Source of the DNA: Fidelibacterota bacterium
Lineage (GTDB): Bacteria; Fidelibacterota; UBA2242
Assembly (NCBI GenBank): GCA_049975265.1
Contig: JBNGDF010000043.1
Location: forward strand, 1-16,840
Length of the DNA: 16,840 nucleotides
Direction: 5' to 3'
Positions within the stretch are counted from its first letter, which is position 1, and each line of letters opens with the position of its first letter. Below the pieces are notes generated by a model. That model was not told the DNA's origin and searched no databases. It saw only the letters and a program-made list of their open reading frames with translations. Below, piece by piece: positions 9,304-14,364 of this stretch. The translations under genes were made by a program, and so were the position numbers.

Positions 9304-10566
9304 ATGGATGATGAGCAGTTTCATCAAACCCGGTTAAGCAACGGAATCCGGGTCATCTCAGAATACATTGACTCGGTCTATTCCGTTGCGCTGGGTATCT
9401 GGGTCATAACCGGTTCCCAGGATGAATCCCGGGAAACCAACGGCATTGCCCATCTGCTGGAGCATATGGCATTCAAGGGTACCGTGAACCGCAGTGCCTT
9501 TCAGATTGCCAGTGAGATTGAATCCATCGGCGGTGCCATCAATGCCTTCACCGGTAAAAACGTCACCTGTTACTTTGCCCGGTTTATGAGCGCTCACCTC
9601 AGAATCGGCGTTGATGTGCTGGCGGATTTAATAAAGAATCCGGTTTTTGGAAAAGAGGATCTTGAGCGGGAAAAGGGTGTCATTATCGAGGAAATTCGCG
9701 AGATTGAGGACACTCCCGGAGAGATTATTCACGATTATTTCACCGAACAGTTGTTCCCCGATCATCCAATCGGCTGGTCGATTCAGGGCAGTATCGAAAA
9801 TATTCGTGCCCTGACGGTTGAACAGCTGTTCGAATTTATCCATAAACATTACACCTCCGATCGTCTGGTTGTAGCGGCTTCGGGGCGGGTCGACCATCAG
9901 GAGCTGGCAGAGCTGGTAAATGAGTATCTGGGAGATTTACCGGGCGGTAACGGTCAGTCCGATCAGACACCGCTTAGACCCGTTGCTGAGCGCACGCGCA
10001 GGATCCAGCGCCCGATCAGTCAATCGCATTTAATCCTGGGACGGCGTGTTTTTCCGCAAAGCGATTCCCGGCGTTACCCGCTGGCGTTGTTGAATGTCAT
10101 CCTCAGCGGCGGAATGTCTTCCCGTTTGTATCAAAACATCCGCGAGCAGTTTGGGTTTGTTTATGCGATCTACTCTTTTTATGATCTTTACCTGAACAAC
10201 GGGCTGTTTGGCGTTTACGCCGGTGTTGATACGGACCAGCTGAATACGATTCGGGATATGATTTATACCGAACTGAATAAATTGGCGCGGGTGGGCGTCG
10301 ATGCGGCTGAATTGCGGAAGGTCAAGCAGCAGTTTGAGGGCGGTCTGGTTATTTCTCTGGAGGGTATGCAGGCGCGCATGAACCGTCTGGCGAAAATGGA
10401 GATTTTCGAAAATCGTCTGATGACGATCCGGGAGCTGCTTGATATTATCAATAAGATTACGGTTGACAACCTGCAGGAACTGGCGATATATTTAGCTGAG
10501 CCCGACCAGTATATTGAAACGGTGATAGTCCCGGAAACCTTAAATAGGAGCGAAGAGAGATCATGA
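9304..10566 (+). CDS. M16 (pitrilysin/MPP-like) zinc peptidase, 420 aa
   Basis: Inverted zincin motif HLLEH in GIAHLLEHMAFKGT, plus NAFT and GGMSSRLYQNIREQFGFVY. I moved the start from the ORF-track 9157, which overlaps pnp, to the in-frame ATG at 9304, 1 nt after the pnp stop and just before the typical TRLSNGIRV start. Confidence 0.92.
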   Translation: MDDEQFHQTRLSNGIRVISEYIDSVYSVALGIWVITGSQDESRETNGIAHLLEHMAFKGTVNRSAFQIASEIESIGGAINAFTGKNVTCYFARFMSAHLRIGVDVLADLIKNPVFGKEDLEREKGVIIEEIREIEDTPGEIIHDYFTEQLFPDHPIGWSIQGSIENIRALTVEQLFEFIHKHYTSDRLVVAASGRVDHQELAELVNEYLGDLPGGNGQSDQTPLRPVAERTRRIQRPISQSHLILGRRVFPQSDSRRYPLALLNVILSGGMSSRLYQNIREQFGFVYAIYSFYDLYLNNGLFGVYAGVDTDQLNTIRDMIYTELNKLARVGVDAAELRKVKQQFEGGLVISLEGMQARMNRLAKMEIFENRLMTIRELLDIINKITVDNLQELAIYLAEPDQYIETVIVPETLNRSEERS

Positions 10567-11819
10567 CCGAGATTATTCAGCCCGCCGAACGGACAAACTA
10601 TGTGACCTACGCAATTCGCGATATTGTCGTCAAAGCGCAACAGCTGGAGGCGGCGGGAAAACAGATTCTGTATTTGAATATCGGCGATCCGCCGGTTTAT
10701 GATTTTGAAACACCGCGTGAATTACGCCAGGTAATCGTCGACCGCATTCTCGCTTCCAATGCCGGTAGTAAAGTCAATGTCTCAACCTATTGCGACTCCA
10801 TGGGATTACCTGAAGCCCGGGAGGCGGTCGCCCGGCATGCGGTGGAGGTGAAGGGAATAAAAAATATCACCTCTGATAATGTGATTATCTCCAGCGGAGC
10901 GTCGGAGGCGATCACTACTGCCATTGCGGCGCTGCTCAATCCCGGTGATAATATCATGACACCGTCGCCGGGCTATCCGCTTTACAGCGGTCAGATCCCC
11001 GTCTACCACGGTGAGGTGAATCCCTATCTGCTGAATGAAGAGAGCGGCTGGCAGATCGATTTGGAAGAGCTGGAACGGCGGGTCAATCAACGGACAAAAG
11101 CCATCGTGGTGATTAATCCGAATAATCCCACGGGTGCCAACTACAATCGCAAAAGCCTGCTCAATATTTTACAATTTGCCGAAAGACATCATCTGGTCGT
11201 ATTTGCCGATGAAATTTACGATAAGCTGCTCTTCGATGGACAGGAGCACATTTCCATCGCATCTCTGTCGGAAAATGTACCGGTGATCACCTTTGGCGGA
11301 TTGAGCAAGAATTATATCATGCCGGGCTGGCGGGTCGGCTGGGCGGTTTTTCATGATCCGAGCGGCGTAATGAGAGAATACCGTGAAGCTGTTAACAAGC
11401 TGCTGCGGGCGCGTCTCTGTTCTCCACATCCCCAGCAGTATATGATCAAACCGGCTCTGGAGGGTGGCGATACCCACCTGCCCGAAGTGATGAGTAAGAT
11501 TCAGAAACGTCGTGATATTACGTATACGAAGTTGAATGAAATTCCGGGGATTTCCTGTGTCAAACCGGGCGGTGCATTTTATGCGTTTCCGCGAATCGAA
11601 TTACCGGAGGGAATCCGGGATGAGCAATACGTGATCAGCCTGCTGGAAGAGACGGGCGTGTTGGTTGTCTATGGAAGTGGCTTTGGGGAGAAGCCGGGCA
11701 CCAACCATTTCCGGATTGTCTTTTTACCTGATGAGAAGACACTGATGCGTGCTTATGAACTTATTGCCGATTTCACGGGAAAGTTCTATCGCAAACACGA
11801 TTTCGATCCTGACAGGTAA
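10563..11819 (+). CDS. PLP-dependent class I/II aminotransferase, probable alanine aminotransferase (AlaA/AlaAT type)
   Basis: YAIRD, LNIGDP, INPNNPTGA, DEIYD, GLSKNY..PGWRVGW (PLP Lys), GSGFG, HFRIVFLP; ATGA overlap with the peptidase gene. Confidence 0.88.
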   Translation: MTEIIQPAERTNYVTYAIRDIVVKAQQLEAAGKQILYLNIGDPPVYDFETPRELRQVIVDRILASNAGSKVNVSTYCDSMGLPEAREAVARHAVEVKGIKNITSDNVIISSGASEAITTAIAALLNPGDNIMTPSPGYPLYSGQIPVYHGEVNPYLLNEESGWQIDLEELERRVNQRTKAIVVINPNNPTGANYNRKSLLNILQFAERHHLVVFADEIYDKLLFDGQEHISIASLSENVPVITFGGLSKNYIMPGWRVGWAVFHDPSGVMREYREAVNKLLRARLCSPHPQQYMIKPALEGGDTHLPEVMSKIQKRRDITYTKLNEIPGISCVKPGGAFYAFPRIELPEGIRDEQYVISLLEETGVLVVYGSGFGEKPGTNHFRIVFLPDEKTLMRAYELIADFTGKFYRKHDFDPDR

Positions 11820-11833
11820 GGAGAAGGCTCGTC

Positions 11834-12613
11834 ATTGCTAGTCCAAAAAACACCTGCAGGGTACTGACGTACCACAAGGTCGATCCCAAACCGGAATTGG
11901 GACTGACCTGCATTCATCCCGATACTTTTGAAAGTCAGATCAAATTGCTGGTGTCAAGGGGATATCGCTTTTCGACGATATCCGGGCTGCCGGACAGCTC
12001 GGACGGTCATCAACAGATGGCAATCAGCTTTGACGACGGATATAAAAACATCGTTGACTACGCCTTTCCGGTGTTATCCAGGCTGAATATTCCGGCGACG
12101 GTATTCGTCATCACCGATTTTATCGGACGGGACAACCGCTGGGATGTCGCTCTGGGCGGTATTCATTATTCACATCTGGCGGCTGTGGATATCCGCAAAT
12201 TGTATCAGGCGGGTTGGGAGATCGGTTCTCACAGCCTCACGCACCAGTCTCTTCGGGGATTGACGCTGGTGGAGTTGCGGCGTCAGCTCCGGGACTCCAA
12301 GCGGAAACTCGAGGAGCTGATCGGACAGGCGGTGGAGAGTTTTGCACCGCCCTTTGGAAATGTCTCGCCCCGGATCATTGATGCGGCAGTGGGCTGTGGA
12401 TATCGGAAGGTCTGCGGATTTTTCCCCCTGAAATACTTCAATTCGCCCATTCCGCCACAGCTGGTTTTGCGTCTGGCGGTCTATCGTTCCGATACATCAC
12501 GTTCGCTTTTGGCGAAACTGTCCGGGACGAAGCGGCTTTATCGTGAAGTGCTGAAACAGAATATCATCAATTTTTGCTCAAATGCCACAATAGCAGTAAA
12601 ATCTTTACGATAG
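11834..12613 (+). CDS. Polysaccharide deacetylase (CE4/NodB domain); start codon uncertain
   Basis: ISFDDGY, ATVFVIT, GWEIGSHSLTH, FAPPFG. The frame stays open upstream of the ORF-track TTG at 11897 and encodes the family motif RVLTYHKVD (11858-11884). SD AAGGAG at 11818-11823; candidate start ATT at 11834. Confidence 0.85.
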   Translation: MASPKNTCRVLTYHKVDPKPELGLTCIHPDTFESQIKLLVSRGYRFSTISGLPDSSDGHQQMAISFDDGYKNIVDYAFPVLSRLNIPATVFVITDFIGRDNRWDVALGGIHYSHLAAVDIRKLYQAGWEIGSHSLTHQSLRGLTLVELRRQLRDSKRKLEELIGQAVESFAPPFGNVSPRIIDAAVGCGYRKVCGFFPLKYFNSPIPPQLVLRLAVYRSDTSRSLLAKLSGTKRLYREVLKQNIINFCSNATIAVKSLR

Positions 12614-12625
12614 ATAAAAATTTAC

Positions 12626-12654
12626 TTGACATATCTCCTTTCAGGGGTTATACT
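12626..12654 (+). promoter_or_regulatory. Near-consensus sigma70 promoter for the MerR-family gene
   Basis: TTGACA (12626-12631), a 17 nt spacer and TATACT (12649-12654). Confidence 0.8.
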
Positions 12655-12696
12655 ATTAAAGTAATGGTTTAAGTAAAGCGTAGAACAGAACGTAAA

Positions 12697-13089
12697 ATGG
12701 GTAGGTCTATAAAAAAACTGTATTATTCAATCGGCGAAGTAAGCAAAATTACCGGCTTGAAGCAGTATGTTCTCCGTTACTGGGAATCGGAATTTCCCTC
12801 TCTGGCTCCGTCGAAAAACCGGGCGGGGAACAGAGTCTATCGGGAAAAAGACATCGTTCTGATTCAATACATCAAGCATCTCCTCTATGATAAAAAATTT
12901 ACCATCGAAGGCGCTAAACAGTATTTGAAGTCCATGAAACCGGAGGATTTGCAACAATTCAGTGAGACCGGCAGTATTGCTGACCCGGTGCAGGAGTCCT
13001 ACTCTCAGGAGCAACTGACGGAGATCATCCGGAAAATCAAGAGCGGTTTAGCAGAGATACTGACGCTGTTGAATGAATGGGAAAGTTAA
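12697..13089 (+). CDS. MerR-family HTH transcriptional regulator (short MlrA-like subgroup, usually found next to ihfA)
   Basis: KLYYSIGEVSKITGLKQYVLRYWESEFPSLAPSKNRAGNRVY...LLYDKKFTIEGAK; no Cys, so no metal-binding effector domain. Confidence 0.92.
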   Translation: MGRSIKKLYYSIGEVSKITGLKQYVLRYWESEFPSLAPSKNRAGNRVYREKDIVLIQYIKHLLYDKKFTIEGAKQYLKSMKPEDLQQFSETGSIADPVQESYSQEQLTEIIRKIKSGLAEILTLLNEWES

Positions 13090-13098
13090 GACTTTTTA

Positions 13099-13127
13099 TA
13101 GACTTCAAGGGTTAAAATCTTTAAATT
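13099..13127 (+). promoter_or_regulatory. Possible sigma70 promoter for tRNA-Pro
   Basis: TAGACT (13099-13104), a 17 nt spacer and TAAATT (13122-13127), 18 nt before the tRNA. Confidence 0.45.
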
Positions 13128-13145
13128 AGCAGGGTAATTTGAATT

Positions 13146-13220
13146 CGGAGCGTGGCGCAGTCCGGCTAGCGCACCTGAATGGGGTTCAGGGGGTCGGAGG
13201 TTCAAATCCTCTCGCTCCGA
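13146..13220 (+). tRNA. tRNA-Pro(GGG); CCA end not genome-encoded
   Basis: Acceptor stem CGGAGCG/CGCTCCG plus discriminator A; anticodon arm CCTGA-ATGGGGT-TCAGG; T-arm GGAGG-TTCAAAT-CCTCT. The gene is followed by CAG, not CCA. Confidence 0.97.
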
Positions 13221-13232
13221 CAGATTAAAAAG

Positions 13233-13266
13233 AAATAAGGGAGGTGCCGGTACTCCTTTATTTTTT
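13233..13266 (+). terminator. Intrinsic terminator after tRNA-Pro
   Basis: AAATAAGGGAG (13233-13243) pairs with CTCCTTTATTT (13253-13263, one G-U) and runs into a T tract. Confidence 0.7.
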
Positions 13267-13296
13267 ACCTGACCGGTCTGGAAAGTACAATACATA

Positions 13297-14235
13297 ATGG
13301 CTCTGTTTTTACAATATAACTTGGACCGCAATGACAGCGGGGATGACCACCGATTATTTTCTAATATAGGAAATACGAAATACAAAGGTATCTTTTTTTC
13401 ACGACATCCGCATGCTCAGCTCAAAGGAAAACCGGTAAAATCGTCAGATGCGGGACGGCTGATGAGTCTGCTTAGGCAATCGTGGGAAAGTGGCTTGCAA
13501 ACTGGTGTTGTCATCGATTGTTTCCTGGATAAAAAGCTCTACGCAGCGGAAAATTTTACAGCACCGGTTGCCTGGACCGGCGCCATTTATAGTCCGGTTG
13601 CATCCTACTATCCGGTATGTCCCAACAATCCGGTAGCAGTCCGGCAACTATTTGCGGATATGGAAACCTGTTTAACCCAATATTCACCTGATTATATCTA
13701 TTTGAATCACTTTCAATTTCCCTTTGATTGGAAACATCAGGACCTGGATGTTCAGGACAGCATGCCGCAATTCTGTTATTGCCCTTTCTGTATCACGGAA
13801 TTCAGCTCCGTAATGGGAGAGATAATCACCAACAGCGAGCAGATTGAAGAGACCATGCAGGAATGGCTGGAATGGCGAACTGATTCGATGTTGCGCTTGA
13901 TTAGGCTGGTGAAGAAGAAGATTATGAAAACGTCAGTGCAACTTATTATTGCACTGCCGCCTCTGGCGCTGATTGATCTGCCCTTCTGCACAGGTTTATC
14001 GCCCTATGAGATGGTTGACGAGGGGGTTATTATCTCACCACAGATGTATCATCATACCAAGCGGAAAAATCTCAGCTGGATTGAGGATATACTCGACCAG
14101 TACCAGGTTGATCTCAACATGCAGAAAATCTGGCCCTCCTGCGAAGTGAAAAATCGGGAAGAACAAGACTATTTTATCCGGTTTGATTCGGTATACGGGA
14201 ACATTATTGTAACGGATATAGAATCCGGTCGGTGA
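13297..14235 (+). CDS. Hypothetical protein, probable GHL10-like glycoside-hydrolase TIM-barrel fold with degenerate active-site motif
   Basis: 312 aa intact ORF with VCPNNP, PDYIYLNHFQFP (compare DGI.LDYIRYP), FCYCPFC and EWLEWR in the order seen in GHL10-like proteins. The family call is from motif recall, not a search. Confidence 0.6.
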   Translation: MALFLQYNLDRNDSGDDHRLFSNIGNTKYKGIFFSRHPHAQLKGKPVKSSDAGRLMSLLRQSWESGLQTGVVIDCFLDKKLYAAENFTAPVAWTGAIYSPVASYYPVCPNNPVAVRQLFADMETCLTQYSPDYIYLNHFQFPFDWKHQDLDVQDSMPQFCYCPFCITEFSSVMGEIITNSEQIEETMQEWLEWRTDSMLRLIRLVKKKIMKTSVQLIIALPPLALIDLPFCTGLSPYEMVDEGVIISPQMYHHTKRKNLSWIEDILDQYQVDLNMQKIWPSCEVKNREEQDYFIRFDSVYGNIIVTDIESGR

Positions 14236-14301
14236 TGCTAATGCCCATAATTTTTGGTGGGTGGGTTGTTTTTTCCGGGATTTCAATGTAGATTTTGCTG
14301 A

Positions 14302-14338
14302 GGATTCACGATTGTGGGGTCAAATGGTTCGTGAATCC
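14302..14338. repeat. Perfect 10-bp inverted repeat with 17-nt spacer upstream of the GH38-like gene
   Basis: GGATTCACGA (14302-14311) and TCGTGAATCC (14329-14338). Confidence 0.8.
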
Positions 14339-14364
14339 GGAAAAGTGGTGGGAGATCATAGTTA

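Noticed and set aside
13218..13223. tRNA-Pro lacking an encoded CCA
   Set aside because: Common in many bacteria, where the CCA-adding enzyme completes the end; no evidence of disruption by an insertion.
13237..13246. Strong SD-like AAGGGAGGTG after the tRNA
   Set aside because: No start codon lies at a usable distance, and it is explained as the 5' arm of the terminator.
13086..13385. Minus-strand 99-aa ORF
   Set aside because: It is the antisense reading of tRNA-Pro and its terminator, a typical spurious ORF.
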